From the NCBI GenBank assembly GCA_029262815.1, contig JAJCYS010000042.1:13156-77155 (forward strand): a stretch of DNA of 64,000 nt, written 5' to 3'. The notes below the pieces were generated by a model that saw only the letters and a program-made list of their open reading frames with translations, was not told the DNA's origin and did not search any database. The position numbers and the translations under genes were made by a program. Shown piece after piece: positions 18,657 to 32,702 of this stretch. The stretch is from Deltaproteobacteria bacterium. Lineage in GTDB: Bacteria > Bdellovibrionota > JAJCYS01. Every line of letters begins with the position of its first letter. Positions within the stretch are counted from its first letter, which is position 1.

Positions 18657-18818
18657 TCAGCTCCAGTTAAATACGATAATGGACACCTCACCCTAGGTAT
18701 CAAAGATCCTACACTCTTGTTTGAGTGTCAATCGAACCATGCCGTTTGGATAAAAAAGATAAACACTTTCTTGAACAGTCAGAAGATAAAAAAGATAGAT
18801 TTTAAACTAATCCAATAG
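18525..18818 (+). CDS. DUF721/DciA-like small protein
   Basis: 97 aa. Pattern W..I.G..L..HS.PV..DNGHLTLGIKDPTLLFEC...W.KKIN resembles the DUF721 (DciA) family, which is commonly found near dnaA/dnaN/gyrB. Confidence 0.45.
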   Translation: MGDFKKTAEILPQMEWQPKSHSEKLIFRLAMNWKRIAGRDLFQHSAPVKYDNGHLTLGIKDPTLLFECQSNHAVWIKKINTFLNSQKIKKIDFKLIQ

Positions 18819-18892
18819 GCTTCAGACCGTGTCTCAGCATGTTTATATTCCAAGCTAATAACCAGTCCAAAGCCTAATAGAAAAATTTGAAC

Positions 18893-19222
18893 TTACAGTT
18901 TAAAGACAATAAAGAAAGCAATCAAAAGGGCATAAATCACGAGTGATTCAATAAAAACCAACCCCAAAATAAATTGCTTAAACATTTTGTCTTCGGCGCC
19001 TGGATTTCTTGAGATTCCTTCCATCGCAGCAGCAACAGCTTTCCCTTGGGCTAAGGCTCCACCGACAGCAGCAATACAAATTGCTAAAGCCGCACCTAGG
19101 GCCAACAGTCCGTACCCAACTGAAACACTACTCCCAGCAACAGCCTTTTCTGCAGCAAAAACGGGAAGTGCAACTCCCACAACCCCTAAAACTGTACCGA
19201 ATACTTTCATTTGCTTCATCAT
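18893..19222 (-). CDS. atpE: F0F1 ATP synthase subunit c
   Basis: 109 aa. Two TM hairpins with a GYGLLALGAALAICIAAVGGALAQGKA loop-region signature and a conserved acidic residue in helix 2 (FIESLVIYAL). Confidence 0.8.
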   Translation of the reverse strand: MMKQMKVFGTVLGVVGVALPVFAAEKAVAGSSVSVGYGLLALGAALAICIAAVGGALAQGKAVAAAMEGISRNPGAEDKMFKQFILGLVFIESLVIYALLIAFFIVFKL

Positions 19223-19270
19223 GGCATCACTCCATTTCTATGCTTGTTAATATTGATTCAAAAAACTTGA

Positions 19271-19978
19271 TTAATGATCATGTGACTCTGCTAAAGATAT
19301 ATAAACTAACGTAAGTAATGTAAACACAAAAGCTTGAATAAACGCAATAAAAATTCCTAGCGCCATAAAAGGAATCGGAACCAAATACGGAACTAAACTT
19401 GAAAACACACTATACACCAAGTGGTCCCCATACACATTACCCCGCAACCTCAAACCTAGAGACACAGGACGAATAACATGGCTAAACAATTCAATAATAA
19501 ACATAAGTGGGATAAGCGGATAGAGCGCCTTCGAAGAGGTAGGTCCCATAAATTGCTTAATGTATGCAAAGCCGTGGGTTTTTATGCCGATCAGATTATA
19601 AAAAACAAAAACAAAAATCCCTAACGCTAACGTTGTATTCAAATTGTCAGTAGGTGGTAAAAAACCTGGTATTGCTCCCAGTAAGTTGCAACATAGGATA
19701 AATAAAAACAAAGATCCCGCTAATGAGACGTAGTTGTCGCCATTAGGGCCGATCGTATCCCTGCAGAATTTCCGAATGAATGAAACATACACTTCAGAAA
19801 TGTTTAGCAAAGAAAAACGCTTAGACGGTATAACACTTTGGTGTGCTTTTAGAGAGACCCAAACGATTGAGATGACAATCGAAAGAACCAATAGAACAAA
19901 GACAGCCAACCCCACATGAGGGTAAGTCCTAAAAAAAGGAATGTTTGAAAAATAGAGCCATGAAATATGTTCGCCCAT
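19271..19978 (-). CDS. atpB: F0F1 ATP synthase subunit a
   Basis: 235 aa polytopic. The C-terminal region carries the conserved Arg context (LGLRLRGNVYGDHL). Confidence 0.8.
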   Translation of the reverse strand: MGEHISWLYFSNIPFFRTYPHVGLAVFVLLVLSIVISIVWVSLKAHQSVIPSKRFSLLNISEVYVSFIRKFCRDTIGPNGDNYVSLAGSLFLFILCCNLLGAIPGFLPPTDNLNTTLALGIFVFVFYNLIGIKTHGFAYIKQFMGPTSSKALYPLIPLMFIIELFSHVIRPVSLGLRLRGNVYGDHLVYSVFSSLVPYLVPIPFMALGIFIAFIQAFVFTLLTLVYISLAESHDH

Positions 19979-19979
19979 C

Positions 19980-20255
19980 TTATTTACGCCCTAACCTTAG
20001 CCAATAACTTACACCAAAATAAACGAAACCCAATGTCACCCCCAATGTTATCCACAATAAGGAGAAAAAGGAACTGTTTTTCTGGACTAAAAGAAAAAGT
20101 GTGGCCAGAAGCAAAATCTTTAGCCCGCCAAAAAAGGGCAGTGCACTTAATTGCTTTAGACAGATTAGTTTGTGGAGTTGCCTCGAAATTGCCCACAAAT
20201 AGGCAAACACAAAGAGTGAGGTGCCGATACTGACCCATACCATGCTCGAATTCAT
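19980..20255 (-). CDS. atpI: ATP synthase protein I-like small membrane protein
   Basis: 91 aa hydrophobic protein directly upstream of atpB. Call is by position and topology only. Confidence 0.4.
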   Translation of the reverse strand: MNSSMVWVSIGTSLFVFAYLWAISRQLHKLICLKQLSALPFFGGLKILLLATLFLLVQKNSSFFSLLWITLGVTLGFVYFGVSYWLRLGRK

Positions 20256-20280
20256 TGATTCACCAAGAGGTTTAGGCGTT

Positions 20281-20457
20281 TTATCGTCTTCTTAATATCA
20301 CCGTAAGTATGCCGCCTAAAATACCTAATAAAAGAACCCCGACACCAAAAATGATCCACCGATCGTCGACAAGCTCCATCTTATGCACAAAATACCCACA
20401 TAAGATAACAGCTACAACCTCTGTTGAAAAGGCCAGAATGTATCGAAGTTTTTCCAC
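20281..20457 (-). CDS. AtpZ/AtpR-like small two-TM protein (not in ORF track; 58 aa, GTG start)
   Basis: Hand-translated as VEKLRYILAFSTEVVAVILCGYFVHKMELVDDRWIIFGVGVLLLGILGGILTVILRRR. It has two hydrophobic helices and lies upstream of the atpI-like gene, as in atpZ-atpI-atpB-atpE operons. Confidence 0.3.
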   Translation of the reverse strand: MEKLRYILAFSTEVVAVILCGYFVHKMELVDDRWIIFGVGVLLLGILGGILTVILRRR

Positions 20458-20509
20458 AACACCCTATGATCACCCTACACTCTATACCTTATGCAGGATG
20501 TTACCGGAG

Positions 20510-21427
20510 CTACCTTAAATTATTAGATTTTTTTTGAATTCGTTCAACTAAAAAACGTTTTTTTTGTGACAGTAGTGCTGCATCAATCAGACTGGGGCAG
20601 CATTGAAGACCATTGAGTGTTTTTAGCGCTTCGGACAACAATCCTAAATGAGATTGACAATGGGAGAGTAAAAAAAGTGCTTTTGCTTGAATTTCATTCT
20701 CGGGGTTAGTAGCCCGAAAAAATTCAAGTTGGTCCCGACATGGAATATATGTACCTTTCAAAAAATAAGTTTTAGCAAGCAAGTAAATTACCTCTTCTCG
20801 TAGTGCAGGGTGCTTTGAAATCGTTTTGCTAAACTCACTCAACGCCTGAACTGCTTTCTTGTAAGCGCCTAATTTTATCAAAGATTTCATAAACAGAAGC
20901 CTGAGGTCATTCATACACCAAGCCGATTTGAAGGTATTTTTTTGGAAATCTTGCGCCTCAAACATAAAAACCAGAAAGGATTCTCTATCTTTAGTCCTTG
21001 ATGCCTTGGCTATAGGCACGACTCGTTTACAAAATAGGTGCCCATCTCCCCCTAAGAGTGAGAGCCATTTTTTGAACATGTGTTTTGCCTGTTTTATTTT
21101 TCCTTTATGAACCAAAGTCGCTATAGAAAGAGAAAGAAAAAGTTGTTTTTGAGACTTAACCGTAGTTTCATCGTAAGCTTTTTTGAGCACACTCTCACAC
21201 ATACTCAATGCGGGGGTGGATAGACACCTATCTAAGACAAGAGACGTGTCAGTCGACCTTTTTGTACAAGCCGTATTAAGCCCAACAACTGAGCAAGTCA
21301 CCAGTATAGCCAACCTGGCAACCTTTGTCCGAGAGGACAAGCGTAGAGGTCTAAATATCTTCTTGATCATCAAATGTAGCATCTGCCAACGCAACCGAGA
21401 CAACCTGCTCATTCTCCTTAACACCAA
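20510..21427 (-). CDS. TPR-like helical-repeat lipoprotein
   Basis: Lipobox VVGLNTAC after a hydrophobic stretch, with a helical-repeat rest. The ORF overlaps the gyrA 3' end, so the start is probably an internal Met around 21370-21382. Confidence 0.45.
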   Translation of the reverse strand: MVLRRMSRLSRLRWQMLHLMIKKIFRPLRLSSRTKVARLAILVTCSVVGLNTACTKRSTDTSLVLDRCLSTPALSMCESVLKKAYDETTVKSQKQLFLSLSIATLVHKGKIKQAKHMFKKWLSLLGGDGHLFCKRVVPIAKASRTKDRESFLVFMFEAQDFQKNTFKSAWCMNDLRLLFMKSLIKLGAYKKAVQALSEFSKTISKHPALREEVIYLLAKTYFLKGTYIPCRDQLEFFRATNPENEIQAKALFLLSHCQSHLGLLSEALKTLNGLQCCPSLIDAALLSQKKRFLVERIQKKSNNLR

Positions 21428-23786
21428 TTAACTTAACCCCTTGAGTATTTCGACTCATAGAAGAAATCCCATCAACTGGTATACGAATCATTTGTCCTTG
21501 ATTTGTCACAAGCATAAGCCCATCCTCCGGCCTCACCTTCAAGCAACTGACAACGCGACCTATTTTTTCCGTTGTTTTCATCGCAATGATGCCAGATCCC
21601 CCTCGTTTTTGTAAACGAAAGGCACTTTGTCTCGTGCGTTTCCCATACCCTTTACTAGATACCGTGAGAAGGTTCTTTTTATCATCTAACATCACAGCCA
21701 TAGAAACGATTTCGTCTCCTTTTGTAAGCCGCATGCCGATCACACCTCTGGCATTCCGCCCCATACATCTTACATCTTTTTCAGTAAATCGAATGGATTG
21801 CCCTTTAGAACTCATTAGGCATACATTATCATCATCTGAAACCAATTCTGCATCAATAAGCACATCACCGTCATCACACTTCAATGCAATAATTCCACCT
21901 GCACGAATATTCTTAAAATCAACTAATTGGCATTTTTTTGTCACACCATTTTTTGTTGCCATAAATACAAAGCGCCCATCTTCAAATGAAGAAATAGGTA
22001 GAATACTGACAATCTTCTCATCCGATTTCAAATTTAATACATTTACAACAGGTCGTCCACGGGACGTCTTAGTACCCATCGGGATTCTATAAACCTTCAG
22101 CCAATAGAGCCTCCCTTTATCTGAAAAACACAACAGAACGTTCCGGTTTCCTGTCACAAACACATTTTCTATAAAGTCTTCAGTCTGTACACCAGCTCCC
22201 CGAACACCTCTTCCACCACGTCTTTGAGACCGATATTCAGTCAATGGATTTTTCTTGAGGTACCCTTTGTGTGAAAGAGTGATAACCATATCCTCTTCAG
22301 TTACAAGATCCTCTTCATTAAAATCAACCGAGCTTTGCTCAATAGAGGTACGACGTTTATCACCGAATAGCTCTTTAATTTCAATAAACTCTGTCTTTAT
22401 CACATCATAAATTAAGCTAACTTTTGAAAGAAGAACCTTAAGTGCTTTTGCCTCTTTCTGACATTTATTATATTCATCACTTAGATTTGAGGTTTCAAGT
22501 TGTGTCAATTTCTGAAGCCGCATATCCAAAATAGATTTCGCTTGAATATCAGAAAGTAAAAATGTACTTACCAAGGACAGATGTGCTTCCTTGGGGCTTT
22601 CAGACTTTTTAATGAGAGCAACAACTTCATCAATATTTTGAATTGCCTTAATCAAGCCTTCAAGAATATGAATTCTGTCTTGAAGTTTTCTAAGTTCAAA
22701 CAAACTTCTTTTGGTAATAACTTCTTTTCTATAAAGCAAAAACTCTTGTAGCATTTCTTTTAATGAAAAAAGCTTGGGCGCGTTGTTTATTAAAGCAAGG
22801 AGTTGAATCCCAAAAGACGTCTGCATTTGAGTATGCTTATACAGCTGGTTCAGTAAAAGCTCAGGCGTTTCACCCTTTCGCAACTCAATAACAACCCGCA
22901 TGCCTTCTCTGCTAGATTCGTCGCGTATATCGGAGATGCCTTCGAGTGCTTTATCTCGGACTAAATCCGCTATCTTCTGTATAAGGTTTGCCTTATTCAC
23001 TTGATAAGGCAACTCATGAACAATAATTGCAGACCGGTTTCCTTTGATGGGCTCAATTTCAGCTTTTGCTCGAACTTGAATCACCCCACGTCCAGTTCGA
23101 TACGCATCATGAAATCCTTTTGTTCCATAAATCGTACCTGCAGTTGGGAAATCTGGGCCTTTAATAATTTTTAATAAATCTTCTAACTGAGCTTCGGGAT
23201 GATCAATTAAATAAATCAATGCCTCTACAACTTCAGACAAGTTGTGAGGTGGTACATTGGTAGCCATACCCACAGCAATCCCGTTACTGCCATTAATGAG
23301 CAAGTTGGGTACTCGAGTAGGCAAAAGTTTAGGCTCTTTCAAGGTCCCATCGTAGTTGGGCGCAAATTCAACCGTTTCTTTCTCAATATCTTGAAGAATG
23401 TAGTCAGAAACTTTCTGTAATCTAACCTCGGTATACCTCATAGCCGCAGGAGAGTCACCATCGATACTTCCGAAGTTCCCTTGACCATCAACAAGAGGGT
23501 ATCTCAAGCTAAAGTCTTGAGCCATCCGTACCATGGCATCGTATACAGCAGTATCGCCATGTGGATGATACTTACCCAACACTTCACCGATAATACGTGC
23601 AGACTTCTTGAATGATTGATTGTATTTGTTGTTGAGCATGTGCATTGTGTACAAGATTCTTCGATGGACAGGCTTTAGCCCATCCCGGACGTCTGGTAAT
23701 GCCCTACCAACAATAACACTCATCGCATACTCTAAGTATGCATCCTGAATCTCACTTACAATATTTGTTTGAGATATATCACTCAT
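21351..23786 (-). CDS. gyrA: DNA gyrase subunit A
   Basis: 811 aa. N-terminal [24 protein letters not shown] and C-terminal beta-pinwheel repeats. Confidence 0.95.
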   Translation of the reverse strand: MSDISQTNIVSEIQDAYLEYAMSVIVGRALPDVRDGLKPVHRRILYTMHMLNNKYNQSFKKSARIIGEVLGKYHPHGDTAVYDAMVRMAQDFSLRYPLVDGQGNFGSIDGDSPAAMRYTEVRLQKVSDYILQDIEKETVEFAPNYDGTLKEPKLLPTRVPNLLINGSNGIAVGMATNVPPHNLSEVVEALIYLIDHPEAQLEDLLKIIKGPDFPTAGTIYGTKGFHDAYRTGRGVIQVRAKAEIEPIKGNRSAIIVHELPYQVNKANLIQKIADLVRDKALEGISDIRDESSREGMRVVIELRKGETPELLLNQLYKHTQMQTSFGIQLLALINNAPKLFSLKEMLQEFLLYRKEVITKRSLFELRKLQDRIHILEGLIKAIQNIDEVVALIKKSESPKEAHLSLVSTFLLSDIQAKSILDMRLQKLTQLETSNLSDEYNKCQKEAKALKVLLSKVSLIYDVIKTEFIEIKELFGDKRRTSIEQSSVDFNEEDLVTEEDMVITLSHKGYLKKNPLTEYRSQRRGGRGVRGAGVQTEDFIENVFVTGNRNVLLCFSDKGRLYWLKVYRIPMGTKTSRGRPVVNVLNLKSDEKIVSILPISSFEDGRFVFMATKNGVTKKCQLVDFKNIRAGGIIALKCDDGDVLIDAELVSDDDNVCLMSSKGQSIRFTEKDVRCMGRNARGVIGMRLTKGDEIVSMAVMLDDKKNLLTVSSKGYGKRTRQSAFRLQKRGGSGIIAMKTTEKIGRVVSCLKVRPEDGLMLVTNQGQMIRIPVDGISSMSRNTQGVKLIGVKENEQVVSVALADATFDDQEDI

Positions 23787-23797
23787 TCATATTCACC

Positions 23798-27221
<3,424 letters not shown>

Positions 27222-27444
27222 TCAAGTCCGTGGTATCTGGCCATACGGCTAAATCCGCCGAAGCATTATCTCAACAATATTTTTTTCGACATCTCCTCTT
27301 CGTATTCATCCACGAAGTAACCTCCGTGAACTGCTCGCGAAGGCTGGACGAAAAAGTCCCCAGCTAACCCAAGTTGGTCTCTGAATTAAGAACTTTTTCA
27401 ATGATAAAAATCAGTTCCAACTATTATAACCCTACTTATTATAC

Positions 27445-28584
27445 TTACACCCTTAAAGGCATAATCAAGGCTCTATAATGCGAACCATCCTCAGGCAACA
27501 GGATCATATGTGTTTCTTTATCTCTTATTAAAATTTTAACCTGATCACCTGTAAGTACAGATAGAGGCTCAATTAAATACCGTGAGTTTAGAGTTGCTAC
27601 GACAGATTTTCCTTCATCAAATGCATTTATTTCATCTGGTGTAAGAGCCTCCCTAGCATCTCCTAAGGTCTCACTTGTACAATACAGTTCCACTTTTTCA
27701 TGTGAAAAAGTAAGTTGAATGGCTCTTAGTTTCTCTGAACTCAAAAGAGATGTTCTTTTTAACGCAGACATGAGTTGCTCACGATTAATGATGAACTCAG
27801 AAAAATCATCTTGCACGTCAACAATATGTTTAAAAGCCGGAAAATCACCGTCCATTAACCGTACATATAAGTTGAAATTTTCATGCTGAAAGCACAACAC
27901 CTTATTGGACTCAAAAATACTTATATTTTTGTCTTCACCAATGAGTTCACACAGCTTTTTGACCTCGAAAGCCCCTTTCTTAGGAAGTATATATTGGCCC
28001 TTCGACAATAGGTCCTCAGACTCGTGACCATATTGAGTCATATCGAATACACTCAATCGGTGTCTGTCTGTCGAAGCTATCTTCCACTCATTTGAGTCGG
28101 ACAAATCGAATAAGACACTATTCAGAATGATCTGTGTTTCGTCTGAAGAAACAGAGATCAATGTATGTTCCAATGCCGATTTTAGGTGTGTTGAATTAAC
28201 ACAAATCCCTTTCTCAGCATGTTTAACATCAAAAATAGGAAAGTCTTCGTGCGGTAGGGTATTGAGTCTAAATGAAGCACTTCCAGAGGAAAGTTCTAAA
28301 GACTGATTTTCATTTAGCGAGAGTTGTATTTCATCAGATGACAGATCTTTTACAATGCTAGTGAAGCTTTTTACGGGTATGCAGAAGGTACCTTCACCTT
28401 CTACTTGGCAAGAGATCGTAGCCGTCGCATAAACTTCGAGATCAGTGGTTGTTATCGTGAGTGTATCTCCAGATGCTGAAATCAATCCATGAGAAAGGAT
28501 TGGCATTGTTGATCTTTTCTCTGCAATACTCTGACAAAAAGATAAAACGTTAGAGAGTGCTACTTTTTCTACTTGTACTTTCAT
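27445..28584 (-). CDS. dnaN: DNA polymerase III beta sliding clamp
   Basis: 379 aa. Sits immediately downstream of dnaA and has a three-domain, clamp-like length and composition. Confidence 0.8.
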   Translation of the reverse strand: MKVQVEKVALSNVLSFCQSIAEKRSTMPILSHGLISASGDTLTITTTDLEVYATATISCQVEGEGTFCIPVKSFTSIVKDLSSDEIQLSLNENQSLELSSGSASFRLNTLPHEDFPIFDVKHAEKGICVNSTHLKSALEHTLISVSSDETQIILNSVLFDLSDSNEWKIASTDRHRLSVFDMTQYGHESEDLLSKGQYILPKKGAFEVKKLCELIGEDKNISIFESNKVLCFQHENFNLYVRLMDGDFPAFKHIVDVQDDFSEFIINREQLMSALKRTSLLSSEKLRAIQLTFSHEKVELYCTSETLGDAREALTPDEINAFDEGKSVVATLNSRYLIEPLSVLTGDQVKILIRDKETHMILLPEDGSHYRALIMPLRV

Positions 28585-28907
28585 GGCGAGTTATTTTAGC
28601 AGTCTCCTGAGATATTACAATCGCTAGCATGAATGTTTAGATAATGAATTTATTTATCCCGCTATGGTTATTAAAGATTAAACCAAAGAACCTGTTGAAA
28701 TATAGAGTAACTATTTGTTTTTTAAAGTGAAGCTATGATTAACACTTTCTGTCACTTTTCAACATTTTGGTTATCTACTAATTTAAGCACTAAGTTTTAC
28801 AAGATAGTAATCATAAATCTACACTAGAAAAACACACTTTTTACACAGGTCAAAAAAAGCGTTTAAAATTGCTTCAAAACCTATTGAAAGACCTGTTGAA
28901 AAGAACG
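28585..28907. other. candidate oriC (AT-rich dnaA-dnaN intergenic region at the strand-orientation switch)
   Basis: 323-bp AT-rich non-coding spacer. Degenerate DnaA-box-like 9-mers (TTATCCCGC, TTATCTACT). An 11-mer direct repeat ACCTGTTGAAA occurs twice. Gene orientation flips around dnaA/rpmH. Confidence 0.3.
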
Positions 28908-30386
28908 TTAAGGTACTAAGTTTTTTAACTTTTGCTCAATACCTTCAACTTGAAGTCGGAATTTTTTGTCTTCAGACAAGAGTCTAGAAACTTTTCTCAC
29001 GCCATGAATAACGGTCGTATGGTCCTTTCCACCAAAAGCAAACCCAATTTCTGGATAAGATTTATCCGTAAACTTTCGAACGAGGTACATGGAGATATGT
29101 CTGGGCAATGAAATATCTCGGGCTTTAATGCTAGATTTCAATTCGAGTACGCGACATCGGTATTCTTTTGCAACCATATTGAGAATTTGTTCTATTTCAT
29201 AAGACACTTTTTCCGTTTTTAGAAAAGGTTTGACCAATTGTTTTGTAGACTCGAGGGTAAAAGGAGTTTGAAAAAGTCGTGAGGCGAATTTCAACTTTTG
29301 GAGTGCGCCCTCAATTTCCCTGACATTATTTGTACAGTGAGAGGCTAGGAAGTTAATGACTTCATTAGATAAAGTAAGGTTTAGAAGCTTTACTTTTGTT
29401 TTTAGAATAGCAATTCGCGTTTCGAGATCAGGGGGTTGAATATCTGCGATTAACCCCCACTCAAACCGGGTGCGAATGCGATTTTCCAGACCTGTTAAAT
29501 CCTTAGGCACCTTGTCGCTTGTAACAACTATTTGTTTTCCCTGTTCGTATAACATATTGAAAGTAAAGAAAAATTCTTCTTGAATAGATTCTTTTCCAGA
29601 CAAGAATTGCACATCATCAAGCAAGAAAATATCGATATCGTCTCTGTATTTTTTTCTAAACTCGAACAAACGTTCATTTGAGGTAAAGCTGGTAAAATCC
29701 GTAATAAACTGTTCACACGGGACATAACAGGTTTTTCGCTCAGGGTATTTTTGGGAAACTTCGTGCTTAATAGCACGTATTAGGTGCGTTTTGCCTAATC
29801 CAGATGCGCCGAAGAAAAAAAGTGGGTTAAAACTTTTTCCAGGTTCGTCGACAATGGCCTTCGCTGCAGCATGGGCAAATTGGTTGGACGGACCTAATAT
29901 AAATGTCTCAAATGTATAGGTTTTATGAGATCGAGGTTCAGTTTGTGATGGATTAGGGTCATTCAGACTTAAAGTCGCTTGTAGTGTTTTCAAAGTAATA
30001 AAAAACGGAATAGGATCGACAAGGGTATGAATGATTTTTTTGATCGTATTAATATGGTTTTTATTAATAGTTTCAAGTATATAGTCATCATCTGCCAATA
30101 TGGTTATATGGAGTTTTTCAGTGTTTTCTTGAGAGAGAAAAGCTGCTTTTAGGCTTAGTTTTTGAATCCAGGCAGTATAGCAATGCAGAGAAAAGCTTTT
30201 TTTTGCAACTGCTTGAAACGTTTGATTTATTTTAGTAGTCTCAATCATAAAGTAGTATGCCTCATAAAGGTCAGTGTTATTGACATAAGCTGTTAAATGT
30301 GATTTTAATGGACTCCTACTTTTTTTCAACGTTAGAATTAATTTTTGAAGTGAGGGTGCGGTGAAACGGACATACCAACCAAGCAA
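28908..30386 (-). CDS. dnaA: chromosomal replication initiator DnaA
   Basis: AAA+ Walker A ([11 protein letters not shown]), Walker B ([10 protein letters not shown]), box VII ([10 protein letters not shown]), sensor 2 ([10 protein letters not shown]) and domain IV ([15 protein letters not shown]). The annotated start overlaps rpmH (30361..30519), so a start at the internal Met (30248) is likely. Confidence 0.9.
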   Translation of the reverse strand: MLGWYVRFTAPSLQKLILTLKKSRSPLKSHLTAYVNNTDLYEAYYFMIETTKINQTFQAVAKKSFSLHCYTAWIQKLSLKAAFLSQENTEKLHITILADDDYILETINKNHINTIKKIIHTLVDPIPFFITLKTLQATLSLNDPNPSQTEPRSHKTYTFETFILGPSNQFAHAAAKAIVDEPGKSFNPLFFFGASGLGKTHLIRAIKHEVSQKYPERKTCYVPCEQFITDFTSFTSNERLFEFRKKYRDDIDIFLLDDVQFLSGKESIQEEFFFTFNMLYEQGKQIVVTSDKVPKDLTGLENRIRTRFEWGLIADIQPPDLETRIAILKTKVKLLNLTLSNEVINFLASHCTNNVREIEGALQKLKFASRLFQTPFTLESTKQLVKPFLKTEKVSYEIEQILNMVAKEYRCRVLELKSSIKARDISLPRHISMYLVRKFTDKSYPEIGFAFGGKDHTTVIHGVRKVSRLLSEDKKFRLQVEGIEQKLKNLVP

Positions 30387-30519
30387 TCTAAAAAGAAAAA
30401 GAAAACACGGTTTCCGGTCACGTATGCAAACTGCAGATGGCAGGAAAATTCTGAGTAATCGTAGGCGTAAAGGGCGAAAACAGTTGACGGTTTCGGTGCC
30501 AAGTAAGCGATCGAAGTAA
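30361..30519 (+). CDS. rpmH: 50S ribosomal protein L34 (not in ORF track; 52 aa, GTG start)
   Basis: Hand-translated as [52 protein letters not shown]. Close match to the L34 consensus. GAGGG Shine-Dalgarno upstream. Followed 5 nt later by rnpA, as in the classic rpmH-rnpA unit. Confidence 0.85.
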   Translation: MKRTYQPSNLKRKRKHGFRSRMQTADGRKILSNRRRKGRKQLTVSVPSKRSK

Positions 30520-30524
30520 ACATC

Positions 30525-30851
30525 TTGAGAAGAACAAGACGATATCGGACTGACTCTTTTGGAGTTACCTGGTTAGATTCGACATGTCTAGGTGGGACCA
30601 CAGCTTTGTTTAGAATTTCGGGTCGTTGTTTGGGGGCCGTGAAACGCAACAAAGTAAAACGTGTGATTAGGCATATGTTTATAAGTCAGAAGCCTTCCTC
30701 AAAACAGTTTGTGTTTCATGTTCATAAAGAACACACAGGGGTTGTTTCTTCGTGGGAAGATTACTTAAAGAGGCTTAAGCATGATTTGGAAAATTTTATA
30801 CTTTATATGGAACAGCGGCCCTCTTTCAAAAGTCGCCATTGTTCTAGTTAA
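30525..30851 (+). CDS. rnpA: RNase P protein component
   Basis: 108 aa, TTG start. Conserved RNR-type motif region (KRNKVKRVIRH) and the position after rpmH. Confidence 0.75.
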   Translation: MRRTRRYRTDSFGVTWLDSTCLGGTTALFRISGRCLGAVKRNKVKRVIRHMFISQKPSSKQFVFHVHKEHTGVVSSWEDYLKRLKHDLENFILYMEQRPSFKSRHCSS

Positions 30852-31044
30852 AGCGTATCAAGTTGGGTTAAGGCCCTATTTTTCTACAGGTTGTTATTTT
30901 TACCCAAGCTGTTCGGAGTTTGCTTTGGGAAGCATTCGAAAAAAAGGAATTGTAAAAGCATTGCCTGGTATTTTAGGCCGGATACTCAGGTGTCATCCTG
31001 TTGGAAAACGGTCTCATCAGAATGTGATGATTGAGCTCCCATAA
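30781..31044 (+). CDS. yidD: membrane protein insertion efficiency factor YidD
   Basis: 87 aa. Conserved core YQVGLRPYFSTGCYFYPSCSEFA ... RCHP. Overlaps the rnpA 3' end. Confidence 0.75.
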   Translation: MIWKILYFIWNSGPLSKVAIVLVKAYQVGLRPYFSTGCYFYPSCSEFALGSIRKKGIVKALPGILGRILRCHPVGKRSHQNVMIELP

Positions 31045-31061
31045 GGGAACAAGGTGGCATA

Positions 31062-32675
31062 GTGGAGAAAAGGGTAATACTTGCGTTTCTTCTGAGTTTT
31101 CTCGTGTTGGTAGGTTGGGAAGCATTATTTCCCAGTGCTAAACCCGTACCTGTTCAATCAAACAACTCTTTGATCACTCACTCGTCTAGTACAGACCATT
31201 CGCTCAATGGTAAAACGAGCAAACTTGAAAGCAGGGTGGGTGGATCAGAGGATGTAAACCCTCGACATTCAAAACAAAAAACTACAAAACTGACAACACG
31301 TTTATTTAAACTTTCTAACTCTGTTCTAGATATAGAGTTCACAAACCAGGGGGGTGGGGGAATCTCCAAAGCAGAGCTTAAAGGTTTTTTCGAAACCCCT
31401 GAAAAGAAGAGTCTCTACCGATTGTTTCATATAGTGGAAGCAACACCCTTACTTCAAGTTCAGGGGCTAGTGGGTGTCTCTTGCGATATTTTACACCCAG
31501 ACGTTGAACAGTCCTCTAAATCGAAATTGTCTTTTCATTACAGGTGCGGAGAGCAAGGTTCTTTTTCAATTATCTACGTCATAGGGCGTCAGTATGTTTT
31601 GGATGTGTCTTATGACTTTACGCAGCTAGCCGCTGCAGAAAATAAAGAATTCTGGGTCTCATTTCCAGCAAACTTGCTAGATCGACCCACGCGTTCCTCC
31701 GTCAACCAAGAGGAATTTATTTACGGTCATTCAGACGATCAGGTCGAGCGCGTTTCCTTAACTGCCGAACAAGCTGATATTTCTGTAAATCAGGCGGTTC
31801 AGTGGGTTGCCTTTGGTGATCGGTATTTTTTTGTGGGTGTTTTGTCCCCAGATATTTTTAAACCTAAGATTAATGTTGAGTTTAAAAAAGGAGAAAACTG
31901 GGCAACACACCTGGTCCTTTTGAAATATTTGATCCCACATGACTTGAGTCGAAAAACCTCTCTCCTGTCTACTCAGTTATACCTAGGTCCTAAAGACCAG
32001 AAGCAATTAAGTGGACTTGGGACGATGGGTGAGGTTATTGATTTTGGTTTTTTTGGATTTATTGCTAGTCCTATCTACAGCTTCTTAAAGTTCATGTACG
32101 CACACGTCGTCTCAAATTATGGGATTGCTATTATCATACTCACTATTTTGGTAAGGCTTATGTTTTTGCCCCTTACGCTAAAGGGAATGGGTAATATGCA
32201 GGCCATGCAGCGGATTCAACCTGAGCTTCAAAAACTTAAAGAAAAGCACAAAGATAATCGTGAAAAATTAAATCAAGAGATGGTTGGGTTGTTTCGTGCC
32301 CACAAAGTCAACCCCTTAGGCGGTTGTTTGCCTATTCTGATTCAGATACCGGTCTTTTTTGCACTCTATACGGTGCTTATGAATGCTGTTGACTTGTATC
32401 ACGCTCCTTTCTTTGGTTGGATTCAAGATTTATCGGGTAAGGATCCATACTATGTTTTACCAGCTTTGCTGGGAATTGCCTTTTTTGTACAACAAAAACT
32501 AACCCCATCCACTGTGGACTCAACAACTCAAAAAGTCATGATGGTTATGCCTATCATGTTTACTTTTTTTATGTTGAACCTGCCTGCTGGACTAAACTTA
32601 TATATTTTAACGTCCACTGTGCTTGGGGTTATTCAACAGTTAGCAATCAATCGACGTGCAGCCTCAATCTCGTGA
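31062..32675 (+). CDS. yidC: membrane protein insertase YidC
   Basis: 537 aa. N-terminal TM, a large periplasmic domain and a C-terminal 5-TM insertase core. Located after yidD. Confidence 0.8.
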   Translation: MEKRVILAFLLSFLVLVGWEALFPSAKPVPVQSNNSLITHSSSTDHSLNGKTSKLESRVGGSEDVNPRHSKQKTTKLTTRLFKLSNSVLDIEFTNQGGGGISKAELKGFFETPEKKSLYRLFHIVEATPLLQVQGLVGVSCDILHPDVEQSSKSKLSFHYRCGEQGSFSIIYVIGRQYVLDVSYDFTQLAAAENKEFWVSFPANLLDRPTRSSVNQEEFIYGHSDDQVERVSLTAEQADISVNQAVQWVAFGDRYFFVGVLSPDIFKPKINVEFKKGENWATHLVLLKYLIPHDLSRKTSLLSTQLYLGPKDQKQLSGLGTMGEVIDFGFFGFIASPIYSFLKFMYAHVVSNYGIAIIILTILVRLMFLPLTLKGMGNMQAMQRIQPELQKLKEKHKDNREKLNQEMVGLFRAHKVNPLGGCLPILIQIPVFFALYTVLMNAVDLYHAPFFGWIQDLSGKDPYYVLPALLGIAFFVQQKLTPSTVDSTTQKVMMVMPIMFTFFMLNLPAGLNLYILTSTVLGVIQQLAINRRAASIS

Positions 32676-32702
32676 TCATGAGGCTAATGAAGGAGTAAAA
32701 TT

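Noticed and set aside
18987-19314. Ala/Pro/Gln-rich plus-strand ORFs overlapping atpE
   Set aside because: They are the antisense reading of the Ala/Gly-rich c-subunit gene. Low complexity is an artefact of codon complement.
19967-20238. Plus-strand 88-aa ORF and alternative minus frame 19984..20238 overlapping the atpI-like gene
   Set aside because: Alternative frames of the same region. The 19980..20255 frame gives the hydrophobic helical product expected upstream of atpB.
18893-20457. Possibility that the split atp genes represent an N-type (Na+) ATPase operon
   Set aside because: The second locus has b, b', delta and epsilon subunits in canonical F-type order. The characteristic N-ATPase atpD-atpC-atpQ-atpR-atpB-atpE-atpF-atpA-atpG arrangement is not seen.
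28585-28907. Repeated ACCTGTTGAAA 11-mers as possible CRISPR-like or DnaA-trio repeats
   Set aside because: Only two copies, irregularly spaced, with no array structure. They are kept as a note within the oriC candidate.
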